From Deltaproteobacteria bacterium (GTDB lineage: Bacteria; Myxococcota_A; UBA9042; CAIXZC01), in the NCBI GenBank assembly GCA_016875215.1, contig VGRX01000001.1, positions 11,312-75,311 of the forward strand: 64,000 nt of DNA, written 5' to 3'. The stretch's first letter is position 1, and each line of letters starts with the position of its first letter. Below the pieces are notes generated by a model that saw only the letters and a list, made by a program, of their open reading frames with translations, was not told the origin of the DNA and did not search any database. Shown here one piece after another: positions 8,307 to 18,270 of the stretch. The position numbers were made by a program, and so were the translations under genes.

Positions 8307-10622
8307 ATGTGCACAATCCGGCGGGCTGCGTGTCTGGCGGTGGCGTTGCTTGCGGCTGCGTGTCTGACGTCGTGCTCACAGAGCAGCGGGGGAAGCGGCC
8401 CCCCGGCGGACATCGAGATCGACTCGTCGCGCAGCCCCGATTCCGGTTTGCCCCCGGCCGACGTGACGAAGACCGACGGAGCGCCGGCCGACCTGCAACG
8501 TGGCGAATCCAACCCGGACGCCCCGGTCCAGGACGAAGGCGTCCCTCTGTTCGGCCCGTTCCCGGCGACGCCGGCGGGCAGCCCTCTCCCCCCCGGGATT
8601 GTCTCCTGCCCCGTGTACCGTCAAACCCGGTGTGACGACGGGCTGCTTTCCACCTGCGATCTCTACGACGCCGCGGCAGGGGACTGGGCCGCGTCGCCGG
8701 ACGCGTACGCGGAACAGATCTTCTGGTACGACCGCTACTTCGACCTCTACCACCGGATGGAAGGGCAGCAGTCCGAGTTTCTTTACACCGAGCCCATGCC
8801 GCCCGGCACTCCGGAGAGCCTGTGGGGAGCGGCGGAGAAGGTCCAGACCTATACGGGGCACTGGGATTCGGCCGGGTGGACAGGGACTGCGCTCCAGGCC
8901 GCAGCCGCCCGCTACGCAATGACCGGCACCGAGGCCGACTACGAGCGCATGCTGTCGCAGCTCGAAGCCATGATGTTCATGTACGAGGCCACCGGCGTGC
9001 CCGGACTGCTCATGCGCTGCCACTACGCCATGCTGCCCGAAGGTGCCCCGAACCCGGTCGGCCATCCCGGAAAAGCGCTCATCCCCTATTCCCCACCCGA
9101 GGTCTGGGCTGACCGCAACCCCATCCCCGAGGGCTGCCTGGCCCGCCTGCCGGCCTACTACGCGGATGGCGTCGACATCCAGGGTACCCACTACTCGACC
9201 ACCCCGTTCTGGATGGGGGATGCGTCCCGCGACATGTACGTCCGGTCACTTCCGGGCATCCTCCTGGCGTACGACTTCCTCGGCCAGGGCGAGCGGGAGG
9301 ACAAGATGCGCGGCGACATCCGCACCTACCTTCCCTGCACGCTCAAGCGCCTCAAGAAGCTGCGCATCGTCAACCTCCAGAAGAACTCGGTGATCATGGA
9401 GGCGATTGCCGCGTACTTCGGCAAGAACAGTCTCCACCTCGACCCCGGAGATCTGGACCTGGCCACGCTGGACACGGTGATCGGCTACGTCATGGAGGAA
9501 CCCCGGCCCGACAAGCCCGGCACTTTCGATCCCGCCTGCCCGGACTCGCTTCCCATGGAGGTCCACCCCGACTACGACTTCGATGCTTCGTCCGAGGACT
9601 TCATGATCCGGTTCCTGACCACCATGGCCCGACTGGGCCAGGGCGAGGAGCCCATCGCGTGGATCCTGTTCCCCTCGGTGCGGGGAGGCGATGCGCTCTA
9701 CATGCTTCAATGGGCGCAGACCGGATACTACCTCCTCGGAGATGAGCGGTTCCTGGACTATGCCAGGCAGCTCATGGAGGAGACGGAGTTCTGGCCTGTC
9801 GTGGATACCATGGGCTCGTTCTGGCTGCCGAAGTGGTGCAAGCCGCACTACGGGCCGAGCCTGGCCTATCCCACCTTCTGGAATCTCCAGAACCGCGTCG
9901 ACCGCACGCAGTTCCCCGTCTTCTGGAACAAGCTCGCCACCGCGGTCAGGGAGGAGTACCGCTTCAAGGAGCTCGTCGATGCCAACGACTGCTACTTCGG
10001 CGTCCTGTACGATTCCATGGTGGATGATGCCATCGATCCGGACGCGCATGCCTATGCCTCGGAGATGGTCGCCATGCTGCGGGAGACCGGACAGTACCAG
10101 GTCGACGACCCGTTCGAGCCACGGCGGAGCTACAATACGGACCTGATCGAGAACCCCCCCGCCGGGTTCTCGGTCAAGACGGTGCCGCTTTCGCCGGAAG
10201 ACAAGAAGCTCTGCACCGAGCCGGTCGAGGTCTTCGGGATGAAGTTCGAAATGCAGAAGATGGAGGACGAGCTGCCCCGGGCGGTGAAGGGACTCCCGAT
10301 CCGGTACCGCATCGGCGGGCCGTTCCAGTGGCAGGAGGATCCGTTCCAGCTCCACAAGGACTACGGCGACCGCAACGGCCGTACGCAGTGGCCCATGTCC
10401 GGTCTCAGCGCCGCATACTGGACCGGGAGGCTGCAGGGAACGATCACCGATGGTGCGGGGCTCGTGCTGGCCTGGCGCGAGGATGGCGAGACGTGCCGGG
10501 AACTCCAGGACACGCCCGGGGCCTTCCACCAGGCCGCGGACGGAACCTGGGAGGGGGGTCATGCGGCTCGAGCCCGAGGTTCGCAGGAAGCAGGCAGACG
10601 ATTCCTGGCTGGTCACCGATGA
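8307..10622 (+). CDS. Large hypothetical lipoprotein (possibly an alpha-helical toroid enzyme)
   Basis: GGAGG RBS, signal peptide with AAAC/LTSC lipobox, Pro/Asp tether, 771-aa ORF with strong GC3 bias. Confidence 0.8.
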   Translation: MCTIRRAACLAVALLAAACLTSCSQSSGGSGPPADIEIDSSRSPDSGLPPADVTKTDGAPADLQRGESNPDAPVQDEGVPLFGPFPATPAGSPLPPGIVSCPVYRQTRCDDGLLSTCDLYDAAAGDWAASPDAYAEQIFWYDRYFDLYHRMEGQQSEFLYTEPMPPGTPESLWGAAEKVQTYTGHWDSAGWTGTALQAAAARYAMTGTEADYERMLSQLEAMMFMYEATGVPGLLMRCHYAMLPEGAPNPVGHPGKALIPYSPPEVWADRNPIPEGCLARLPAYYADGVDIQGTHYSTTPFWMGDASRDMYVRSLPGILLAYDFLGQGEREDKMRGDIRTYLPCTLKRLKKLRIVNLQKNSVIMEAIAAYFGKNSLHLDPGDLDLATLDTVIGYVMEEPRPDKPGTFDPACPDSLPMEVHPDYDFDASSEDFMIRFLTTMARLGQGEEPIAWILFPSVRGGDALYMLQWAQTGYYLLGDERFLDYARQLMEETEFWPVVDTMGSFWLPKWCKPHYGPSLAYPTFWNLQNRVDRTQFPVFWNKLATAVREEYRFKELVDANDCYFGVLYDSMVDDAIDPDAHAYASEMVAMLRETGQYQVDDPFEPRRSYNTDLIENPPAGFSVKTVPLSPEDKKLCTEPVEVFGMKFEMQKMEDELPRAVKGLPIRYRIGGPFQWQEDPFQLHKDYGDRNGRTQWPMSGLSAAYWTGRLQGTITDGAGLVLAWREDGETCRELQDTPGAFHQAADGTWEGGHAARARGSQEAGRRFLAGHR

Positions 10623-10662
10623 CCTGTACACCCGGAATCCGCAGCCCACTCCCGGGCCGGGC

Positions 10663-11502
10663 TCACACCTCGAAGAGGTCGTGGAAAGCGGCGGGACCGT
10701 GGTCGGCCTCCAGACGGGGGGATGCCCGGCGATCGACCAGCTCGCCGCTCTCAAGCTTGGCGGATAGCACCTTCTTCATCGACTCGATCTCGCCATCGGT
10801 GTAGCGCCGGTCCTTTGCCGGCGTAGCTCCCTTCAGATTCATCACGCTTCCCTTCGCCCTGGTGTGCGACAGGCCGAAGAAGTGCCCGAATTCGTGAACC
10901 AGCGTGAACGGCCAGGCGATCGATGACACGATGATCCAGCGCTTGCGAACGTCCTTGCGCAGCCGCCAGTGCACCCCGTAGATCTCGCCGGCCTCGTCCA
11001 CGTTGTCCACCTTGCCCGGGACGAACACGTTGACCACTCCCTTGCGCCAGCGCTTCTCGCCCAGGCGGTCGCGGTCATCCTTCGATACCACGTGGTACTC
11101 CTCCAGCGGCAGGAATTCCACGCTGTCCAGCTCCAGAGCGATGCCCAGCGGCGCCAACCCCTCGTTCGCATGCGCCACCTGCTCCGCCACCCACTCCGGC
11201 TTCTGCACCGGGCCTGTGTCGTCGGTCCCCACGAACAGGGCGATGCCGAGGCAGACGACCTCCCCCTCCCGGCATCCGGGGACGGCCTCGACATAGGCCT
11301 CCCCGCTGAGCCCCGCAACCCCGCCCGCCAGCGCCTCCATCAACTGCACCTCGCCGCTGCCGGCCGGCTCCTCAGGCTGCGCAGACGGCTCAGGCTGCGC
11401 CTCGGCAGCGTCCTCGTGCGCCGCTTCAGCGGCCTTGACTGGCTCATCGGCTTGTTTTCCGGCTGCAACCGCTGCCAGCACCATCATCGCGACCAGGACC
11501 AT
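10663..11502 (-). CDS. Secreted metzincin-type zinc metalloprotease (M10/M43-like)
   Basis: Signal peptide; HEFGHFFGLSH followed by SVM Met-turn. Confidence 0.8.
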   Translation of the reverse strand: MVLVAMMVLAAVAAGKQADEPVKAAEAAHEDAAEAQPEPSAQPEEPAGSGEVQLMEALAGGVAGLSGEAYVEAVPGCREGEVVCLGIALFVGTDDTGPVQKPEWVAEQVAHANEGLAPLGIALELDSVEFLPLEEYHVVSKDDRDRLGEKRWRKGVVNVFVPGKVDNVDEAGEIYGVHWRLRKDVRKRWIIVSSIAWPFTLVHEFGHFFGLSHTRAKGSVMNLKGATPAKDRRYTDGEIESMKKVLSAKLESGELVDRRASPRLEADHGPAAFHDLFEV

Positions 11503-11542
11503 CCTCCCCCCTCGACTCTGTCTCGCTTTCGGGCTTGGTCGC

Positions 11543-11983
11543 CTACTCCCCCCCCACCATGCATAACCTGGGGAACCGCTTGCCGACCTTCTGCACCAGC
11601 CTCCCGTCCGCCGTGAACAGCGACACGTCCATCCACTCGGACAGGGCCAGATACTGGGCATCGTACGCGGACGGAAGCGCCAACTCCCGGCTCAGCACCA
11701 GGGCGCGATGCAGCAGCACCGGATCGTAGACAAGCTCCATGCCAAGCGCCAGGATGTCGTCCAGCGCCTTCTCCGAAGCAGCGGACGTCAACACCCGAGC
11801 CCGTTCCAGCTGGCGAAGAGCGTTGACACACTCGAAGGCCAGGAGAGACGGTGCCAGAACCCGGGTCTGCTCCTCGGTCCACTCCCGCCACAGGGCATGG
11901 ACAGCCTGCTCGCCCGCCCCCCCCACGACCAGCCTCATGACCAGACATGCATCCACGCAGACTGCGGAACTGGCGCTCACCAT
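11543..11983 (-). CDS. vapC: PIN-domain (VapC-family) toxin
   Basis: VCVDAC, LAPSLLAFECVNAL, SAYDAQYLAL, LFTADGRL; directly downstream of an antitoxin. Confidence 0.85.
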   Translation of the reverse strand: MVSASSAVCVDACLVMRLVVGGAGEQAVHALWREWTEEQTRVLAPSLLAFECVNALRQLERARVLTSAASEKALDDILALGMELVYDPVLLHRALVLSRELALPSAYDAQYLALSEWMDVSLFTADGRLVQKVGKRFPRLCMVGGE

Positions 11984-12039
11984 CTCCCTCCTCATGGCTC
12001 ATCCGGGACCGGCAACAGCCTGGAGGCGACGCACCAGAC

Positions 12040-12357
12040 TCAACTCAGGTTGTCCAGGAGCTGCTCGTCCCTGTCCCCACGTTCCCGACGAATGAGCTCG
12101 ACGACATCCGGCAGTGGCTTCCCCTTGCGCCTGCGGGCGATGCCCTTGCGAAGAGCCGCCAGCCTCTCCAGCGCATCCGCCCGGGTCGCATGGGCCCCGG
12201 CCGCGGCCAGCCGCTCGTAGCTCTCCATGGACAGGACGACCACCATGGGCTTGCCTCCCCGCTCCACGAAGACAGGCTCACTGCCCTCGACGGCCATGCG
12301 CATCACCTCTCCGAACCGGACCCTCGCCTCGGTCGCGCTGACCTTCCTGCCACCCAT
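12040..12357 (-). CDS. Phd/YefM-family antitoxin
   Basis: KVSATEARVRFGEVM...EPVFVERGGKPMVVVLSMESYERL. Confidence 0.88.
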   Translation of the reverse strand: MGGRKVSATEARVRFGEVMRMAVEGSEPVFVERGGKPMVVVLSMESYERLAAAGAHATRADALERLAALRKGIARRRKGKPLPDVVELIRRERGDRDEQLLDNLS

Positions 12358-12402
12358 GCTTGCCCCCCAATCCATCAATCATCGATCAATCAATCCAAGG
12401 CC

Positions 12403-12431
12403 ATTGTGCCACCTGGCCGGCTCGGTGTCAA
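12403..12431 (-). promoter_or_regulatory. Sigma-70-type promoter of the TA operon; ATCAATC-rich putative operator at 12368-12397
   Basis: TTGACA-17 bp-CACAAT on the minus strand. Confidence 0.6.
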
Positions 12432-12439
12432 CGCGCGGA

Positions 12440-12589
12440 TCGACATGTCGGGGTTCCATCCATGAGCCGTGGGTGCGGGCAACCCGACGGCCGATGCACC
12501 GAGACGGGCCGGCGGTGCGGGCAACCCGTGGGCCCACGCCATTGACAGGGCCGGCGGTGCGGGCAACCCAACGGCCGGCGAGGGTGCGG
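12440..12589 (+). repeat. 150-bp element, copy 1 (42-bp-period family, locus B)
   Basis: 30-bp leader TCGACATGTCGGGGTTCCATCCATGAGCCG; cores at 12472, 12514, 12556; 19-bp trailer ACGGCCGGCGAGGGTGCGG. Confidence 0.92.
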
Positions 12590-12749
12590 CGGGTCCGTCG
12601 GGAAGGCGGTCTTGCCAATGGATTGACCTCATGCGTCCGAGTTCCCGGACCTCGCATTGGCGGTTCCGTTTTCCTTTGGCATTCAAGTATCGACATCGGC
12701 TACACTGACGATGAACATGTCGGTGAGCGGGATGGTTCGAAAGAAGTAC

Positions 12750-14117
12750 ATGTCCACCAAGGCCCTGGCCGGCTGGCATGCTGTCGTCGCGGTCACAGCA
12801 GCGCTCCTCCTGGCCGGTTCCTGTACGAGCAGGGCCGAGAAGTGCGCCAGGATCGATGCGCTCTGCTGCGCGGAGCTGGTGGCCGCGAGCGCGCCGGATC
12901 CACTGTGGCATCCTCTGCTCGGTGTTGCAGTGGGCTACAGCGAGGCGGGCCGCTACGACGATGCGCTGAGACTGGCCCGGGAGTGCAATCGTGACCAGTG
13001 GGTCCTGTTGGCATTGACTGACATCGCCCGGGAGATGGCCTCCGGCGGAGCCGCACAGAGCGTTCTGGAAGAGACCGTGGAGTACGCTCTCGAACAGGCC
13101 ATGGAGACACCGGACTACAGTGACTTGAAGCCACCTACGGCTGCGCTCAATGCCGCCATACAGGCGACCAGCGTTGTCCGACTGGCGTCGCTCCTTCCTG
13201 CCGTGGGAAGACAAGACGAAGTGTCCGCAGCAGTCCGCCACTCCGAGGGACTGATCGAGATGCTGGAAGAGGCGTGGGGAAAGGCCCTTGCCTCGTGCAT
13301 GGTCGGTGCAACCATGTGGGAAGAGGGCTTCATGGAGCCGGCCCGCCGCATGAGGGACGTGTGCATGGGCCTCAACAGTCGCTCAACCGGCCCGGAGTTC
13401 CCGCAGCTGGCAAAGGAATCGCTGTTCGTGACCAACGCAGAGAAGTGGGGCACCGCCGGACACCCCGAATGGGCCCGGGAATTCCTCGATGCCGCCGAGG
13501 ATTGTGACGACGACGGTTCTCTCGTTCGGGGTATGTCGGAGTCAGTCGCCCAGGCTTTCGCCAAGGCCGGCTTGCTCGACGAGTCGGAGGAGTGGATGGC
13601 CCGGATTCCAGGGGCAGCCGGGCAGGTGCGGGTTCTCGTCGCCATGGGGAAGAAGCTGGCCAGCCTCGATCGTCACGAGGATGCCGCCCTGCTCGTGCCG
13701 CGCATCGAGTCCCTGATACGGGAAGCCCGGGACGACCTGGCGGTGGACGACGTGGGATGTGGCGAGCTTCGCGCCTCAATCGAGCTTGCCGAGTTGCTGC
13801 TGTTGCTCGACGAAGCCGGCCGCGCCCGAGATTTGGTGGCTTCGGCGTTGGAACGTACCGGGAACAAGCCGGGATGTGGGGCCATGCTCGAAGTCGTCGT
13901 CACCGTGCAGGTGGCGGAACTCCTGGCCGCGACCGGCGACTTCCTCGCTGCGCTGGAGACAGCAGAGAGCATCCGGGACAATGCTCCGAATCTCAGCGGC
14001 GTGCTCGCACGGATTGGTGTCCAGGCCGCCCGGCAGGGGCACACGCTCACATCCGACGAGACGGCCGTGCTGGGCCGGATCGTGGATCGGTTGGAGAAGG
14101 ACGATGTTCGCAAGTAG
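12750..14117 (+). CDS. Alpha-helical repeat (TPR-like) lipoprotein
   Basis: Lipobox LLAGSC; recurrent helical motifs (AVGYSEAGRYDDAL, AQAFAKAGLLDES, AELLAATGDFLAAL); start could be 12732. Confidence 0.7.
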   Translation: MSTKALAGWHAVVAVTAALLLAGSCTSRAEKCARIDALCCAELVAASAPDPLWHPLLGVAVGYSEAGRYDDALRLARECNRDQWVLLALTDIAREMASGGAAQSVLEETVEYALEQAMETPDYSDLKPPTAALNAAIQATSVVRLASLLPAVGRQDEVSAAVRHSEGLIEMLEEAWGKALASCMVGATMWEEGFMEPARRMRDVCMGLNSRSTGPEFPQLAKESLFVTNAEKWGTAGHPEWAREFLDAAEDCDDDGSLVRGMSESVAQAFAKAGLLDESEEWMARIPGAAGQVRVLVAMGKKLASLDRHEDAALLVPRIESLIREARDDLAVDDVGCGELRASIELAELLLLLDEAGRARDLVASALERTGNKPGCGAMLEVVVTVQVAELLAATGDFLAALETAESIRDNAPNLSGVLARIGVQAARQGHTLTSDETAVLGRIVDRLEKDDVRK

Positions 14118-14526
14118 GCTGGACGCGTTGCTGCACAGGAGCCGGCTCCTGCGAGGAGTCGGAAGCTTGCTCATCGCGTTCTTCTGGACAGTCATGCTGC
14201 TGTTCGCCCTGGTATTCGGCGGGGGGCTCTACTTCGCATGGAAGAACAGCCGGGGACGTGCCGAGATGGAGGAGCTCTGCCGGAGCTCGGCCGGACAGCC
14301 AATGGCGGAGGTGGTCGAGCACTTCGGATACCCGATTGGCACTGTGAAACGCAACGTCGATGGCCAGTTGTGCACGGACGGGGAACTCGGCAACTGCTCG
14401 GGCTCCTGGGACTGCCCCGTGGCCGACGTGTTCTACCGCTACGGGGCCGTGTGTTTCGTCTGCGTCGGCCGATCATCCGACGGGACCAAGGTCGCTGGCC
14501 AGCGACGTCTCGTCCTGGAGCCGTGA
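14104..14526 (+). CDS. Hypothetical single-pass membrane protein with Cys-containing extracytoplasmic domain
   Basis: Overlaps upstream stop; hydrophobic stretch LLIAFFWTVMLLFALVFGGGLYFAW. Confidence 0.6.
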   Translation: MFASRLDALLHRSRLLRGVGSLLIAFFWTVMLLFALVFGGGLYFAWKNSRGRAEMEELCRSSAGQPMAEVVEHFGYPIGTVKRNVDGQLCTDGELGNCSGSWDCPVADVFYRYGAVCFVCVGRSSDGTKVAGQRRLVLEP

Positions 14527-14580
14527 AGTGGGTGCGGCGGGGGTGCAACCTGGCCACCCCGACGCACGGCCCGCTCCTCT

Positions 14581-14778
14581 GCCGGCCTTGTGTGCGCTGG
14601 TGCTGGCTGCCTCCTGCGGTGGGGGCGGGAAGAACACCGACGGTTCGGATGCACGCGTCGACCCGGACAATTCGCAGGGTGTGGACCGTGTACAGGGAGA
14701 CGGCCGGGGCACCGATGCAGACGGCGATGCAGCTGCGAAAGGGCCAACAACGAGGGCCCCATCGGCTGGCTGGAGTAG
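14581..14778 (+). repeat. ~200-bp diverged duplicate (copy 1) resembling a lipoprotein 5' fragment
   Basis: Aligns by eye with 18856-19058; reads PALCALVLAASCGGGGKNTDGSDARVDPDNSQG. Confidence 0.85.
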
Positions 14779-14866
14779 ACCCTCGGGACGTAGCAGAAGG
14801 TCCTCTCGACCGGGATTGCAATGCGGCCCTGTTCGCGCGGAAGTCCGACATCGGAGGAAACGGAAG

Positions 14867-15493
14867 ATGCAATGGGAGAGCGAAGACCGGCTTTCGACCG
14901 ACATGGTGGCACGGGTGGTAGCCCGGAAGATCGCCGAGTCCGCCGGCCCGACAGGCGCCCCCTGGCCGAAGTGATCAACGAGTTCGTCTACCACGAGCGG
15001 GAACGGCTTCGGCGCGAAGAAGACGGCAGCGGAACTTCTCCGGATCTGGCGTTCCCTTCTTCTGTCCGGCGGGATCTTCCCAGGGCCGGGAGAGCACGAG
15101 AGATCGGGCTGCTCACCCGCATCATGGAACGTTATGCGGACGAGATCTGCAGCCACTTCAATCCCCTGGTCTACGCCCTTCGCAGTCGGCCGGAAGAAGA
15201 CCGATTCCCTCTACCAGGAGGCGCTTCGGGAACACTCGACGCTGCTCCTGGAGCAAGGCCGCCACGGTCTCTTCTTCCCGGGAGGGCCGCCGCTCCCGCT
15301 CCAACCGGATCGAAACCACACGCGAAAACGGCATGCTCGGCGTCACCCTCGCAGCGTCTTTCCTGGCCGACTCGGTGGTCTTCCCCAATGCTCCACTCTT
15401 CGAGGAGGTCCACCGCTTCGTGCACCGCGGGGGCGACCCGTCCGTGGCACTCGAGCGGCTCATGCGCATTGCTCCCCATGTGAACGTCCGGTA
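14867..15493 (+). pseudogene. Frameshifted, internally deleted glycerol-3-phosphate/lysophospholipid acyltransferase remnant
   Basis: Fragments in different frames: VVARKIAE / EVINEFVYHERERL..RYADEICSHFNPLVYA / RKKTDSLYQEALREHSTLLLEQGRHGLFFPGG / LGVTLAASFLADSVVFP; family recalled, not searched. Confidence 0.55.
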
Positions 15494-15620
15494 GGTAGCC
15501 TGCGGAATTCCTTCCATTCCTCCGTGGATTCCTGTACAAGGTCTGGCATCTTGAATGGGTCCACTCGGGTCGCGCCTCCAGATTGCGGACAACGGCCTGA
15601 ACCCATGAAAGGAGTCGAAC

Positions 15621-16247
15621 ATGAAGAAGTTCCTGGTAGTTGCGGCAATGCTGGCTCTCGGGCTTTGCACCGTCGGTTGCGGCAGCGGCGACAGCAGCAA
15701 GGATACCACCACCCCGAACGACACCACCACCGGCGATGCAGTCGTGCCCACGGACGACACCGTCCCGGCTGACGACACCGTCCCGGCCGATGACACCGTC
15801 CCGGTCGATGACACCGTCCCGGCCGATGACACCGTCCCGGCCGATGACACCGTCCCGGCAGACGACACCGTCCCCGCTGACGACACCGTCCCGGCAGACG
15901 ACACCGTCCCCGAGGAAGTCGTGGTCCCGACCGATGCTTGCCAGAACGCGGCCGACCTCGCCATCATCCAGGCCGATGCCGATGCCATCTCCGCCAAGGC
16001 CAAGGAATGCGGCATGGGCTGCATCGCCGACCCCGACATCGTCACCTGCGCCACCCCGTGCGTCGAGGAAGGCACCGGCCTCACCGCCGCCTGCTCGAGC
16101 TGCTACGTCGGCATCATCGGCTGCACCATCCAGAACTGCATCGCCGAGTGCTTCGCCGACGCCGAAGCTCCCGCCTGCAAGACCTGCCAGGAAGAGAAGG
16201 GCTGCACCGAGGCCTTCTACGCCTGCTCGGGTCTGCCGCAGAACTAG
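15621..16247 (+). CDS. Lipoprotein with (DDTVPA)x9 tether and 14-Cys C-terminal domain
   Basis: AAAGGAG RBS; MKKFLVVAAMLALGLCTVGC. Confidence 0.88.
   Translation: MKKFLVVAAMLALGLCTVGCGSGDSSKDTTTPNDTTTGDAVVPTDDTVPADDTVPADDTVPVDDTVPADDTVPADDTVPADDTVPADDTVPADDTVPEEVVVPTDACQNAADLAIIQADADAISAKAKECGMGCIADPDIVTCATPCVEEGTGLTAACSSCYVGIIGCTIQNCIAECFADAEAPACKTCQEEKGCTEAFYACSGLPQN
15753..15914 (+). repeat. Nine in-frame 18-bp tandem repeats (coding VNTR)
   Basis: GAYGACACCGTCCCSGNN x9. Confidence 0.95.
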
Positions 16248-16304
16248 AATAGCGCCTCCTTTCTCGTATGGCTGACCGTCATTACCACACCGGAGTAGAA
16301 GACC

Positions 16305-17552
16305 ATGTCGATGAAGAAGATCCCCCTGATGCTGATCCTGGCGGCTCTCGTCCTTGCGGGATGCAAGGGCAACTCGGACGGTACCACCACTGGTGACGTC
16401 CGAACCGGCGACACAACCGTTGCCGACGGCACGACCGACGGCTTCACCACCGACACCACAGCCCGGACCGATTCCGGAGAGACCCCGGGAACCGACATGC
16501 TTCAAGAGTTGTTCCAAGAGAGCCTTGGTCAAGACGCCGAGGCCTCGGACATCCCCCAGACCGACCTTGCCCAGGACACTCCCGACCCGCTCGACCAGCT
16601 CGAAACGCCCGATGGCGAGTCCTCGCTGGACACAGCGTCCGACGTCGAGCCGCAGTCCGGCGTCTGTCCCGTCATCGGCTACGAAGCGTGCGGCGGGGAC
16701 CTCATCGGGAAATGGAAGTTCCTGGACATGTGCCCGGATGACCCCAAGGCAGCCAACGACCTTTGCGAGAGCCCGTTCGACAACCTCCCCGCGTGCATCG
16801 GCGGAGGCAACGACATCCTCTGCGATTCCGTCATCGACGGCACGCTGGAGTTCATCGATTCCGACACGGCCAAGATGGTCTCCGAGCACTGGATCGTGTT
16901 CTCCTGGGTCTTTACCGATGCCTGCCTCGTCGCTGCCGGGCAGCCCGGAGCCGACGCTGAGGCCCGCTGCCTGTCGCTCAGCTCGGAGAAGCTTTCGTGC
17001 ACCTATGCCCCCGATGCCTGCACCTGCTCCGGCGCCAGTTGGAAGGAACCGGACGATACCGAATTCCCCTACACCGCGGCCGGCAGCGAGCTGACCCTGT
17101 TCCAGGACAAAATCAATGCGTCCTACTGCATCACCGGCGACCAGCTCGTCATCGACCACTACTTCTATCATCCGGTGAGCTGGCGCTACTGGGTCCTCGA
17201 GAAGGCCACCGAGGAGCCGCCCCCGCAATCGCTGACGCTCGAACAGGCCCAGGCGCTCCTCCCCGGCGTATGGGAAGGGGTGGCCTTTGCGGACAGCAGC
17301 AACCCCATCGAACCGGTCCCTCCCGGCTTCTTCAACGTCTTCTTCGAGGACGGCAAGTTCACGTTCAAGTGCGGAAAGCCCTCCAACGTCACCTGGAAGC
17401 TCATCGAGAAATGGGGCTTCCCCACCGTGGAGGTCACGCTCAGCCCCGGCTCCGTGGTTTACTGGGTCATCCAGGAGCTCACCGAGACCTCGCTGCACTA
17501 CATCGAGGGCGGGGATTCCTTCTACTACGAGCGCCGAGCGGATTGCCCCTGA
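16305..17552 (+). CDS. Hypothetical lipoprotein with Cys-rich and lipocalin-like segments
   Basis: Lipobox VLAGC; Thr/Asp tether; ACGGDLIGKWKF and LLPGVWEG motifs. Confidence 0.78.
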   Translation: MSMKKIPLMLILAALVLAGCKGNSDGTTTGDVRTGDTTVADGTTDGFTTDTTARTDSGETPGTDMLQELFQESLGQDAEASDIPQTDLAQDTPDPLDQLETPDGESSLDTASDVEPQSGVCPVIGYEACGGDLIGKWKFLDMCPDDPKAANDLCESPFDNLPACIGGGNDILCDSVIDGTLEFIDSDTAKMVSEHWIVFSWVFTDACLVAAGQPGADAEARCLSLSSEKLSCTYAPDACTCSGASWKEPDDTEFPYTAAGSELTLFQDKINASYCITGDQLVIDHYFYHPVSWRYWVLEKATEEPPPQSLTLEQAQALLPGVWEGVAFADSSNPIEPVPPGFFNVFFEDGKFTFKCGKPSNVTWKLIEKWGFPTVEVTLSPGSVVYWVIQELTETSLHYIEGGDSFYYERRADCP

Positions 17553-17574
17553 ACACGGTCACGTCCTCCGCCGA

Positions 17575-18040
17575 TCAGCCGGCGATCCTGCCCCGAATCG
17601 TCATCAAGTGAGCATGTGGAACGGCCTGTAGATACCAATAGACCTCCGCGGACCCGTTGTGGCCGAGGTAGGTGGCGAGTTCGGGGATCTCGCGACATCT
17701 GCACCGGCACGGTACCAGTCGATGAGCGTGGCGACCGCGAAGCGGTGGCGTAAGGAGGCTGATCGAAGTTGCTTCGCCAAGTGAGGCCGCAACCGTCGAG
17801 ACAAATGGCGAGCGCGCCCGGAGCGACCGACCGAGCCGTACCAGGAGGTACGGCGACCGAGCGAGCGAGGACGTAAGCCGCCAGACGTCCGGTGGATGCG
17901 GTCGTAACGGCGAAGCAATCTTGGGCAGCCTCCTAAGGCACGAAAAGCGGCCCCATGTGCCAAGAACAAGGCATTCCTGGTCCTACGCGAACCCCGCCCC
18001 TCCATCCTCAAGATGCTCCCGTCCAGCGCTCCTGGCGCTA
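17575..18040 (-). pseudogene. Decayed tyrosine recombinase (RIT-element-like) C-terminal remnant
   Basis: SLRHRFAVATLIDWYRAGADV, then after a frameshift TYLGHNGSAEVYWYLQAVP; the 5' boundary is approximate. Confidence 0.75.
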
Positions 18041-18270
18041 CGAACGACACGGGGGAGGACACCCGCCGACCTCACGCTCACCTCGGGGGGGGGGAGGGGC
18101 GCGGATAGTCGGATGGGCGGCACACACTGGGGAAGGGACAAGCGTCTTGTCAACGGTCATACCAGTCGGTGACAAGAACCCCCGCCAGCCCCCTCCCGGA
18201 CGATCTCTTCAACGGCCTCACCGTCTCGGCCGCATCACCGCTGGCGAAAGGACGACCTGTCGTCTTGCTG

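Noticed and set aside
10561..10767. Short ORF MRLEPEVRRKQADDSW... with an RBS-like sequence
   Set aside because: Overlaps both neighbouring genes and has no recognisable motif; possibly a remnant but unsupported
12462..12545. Repeat-encoded peptide (MSRGCGQPDGRC...) as a RiPP precursor
   Set aside because: Stops fall at different positions in the two copies; no RBS and no modifying enzymes nearby
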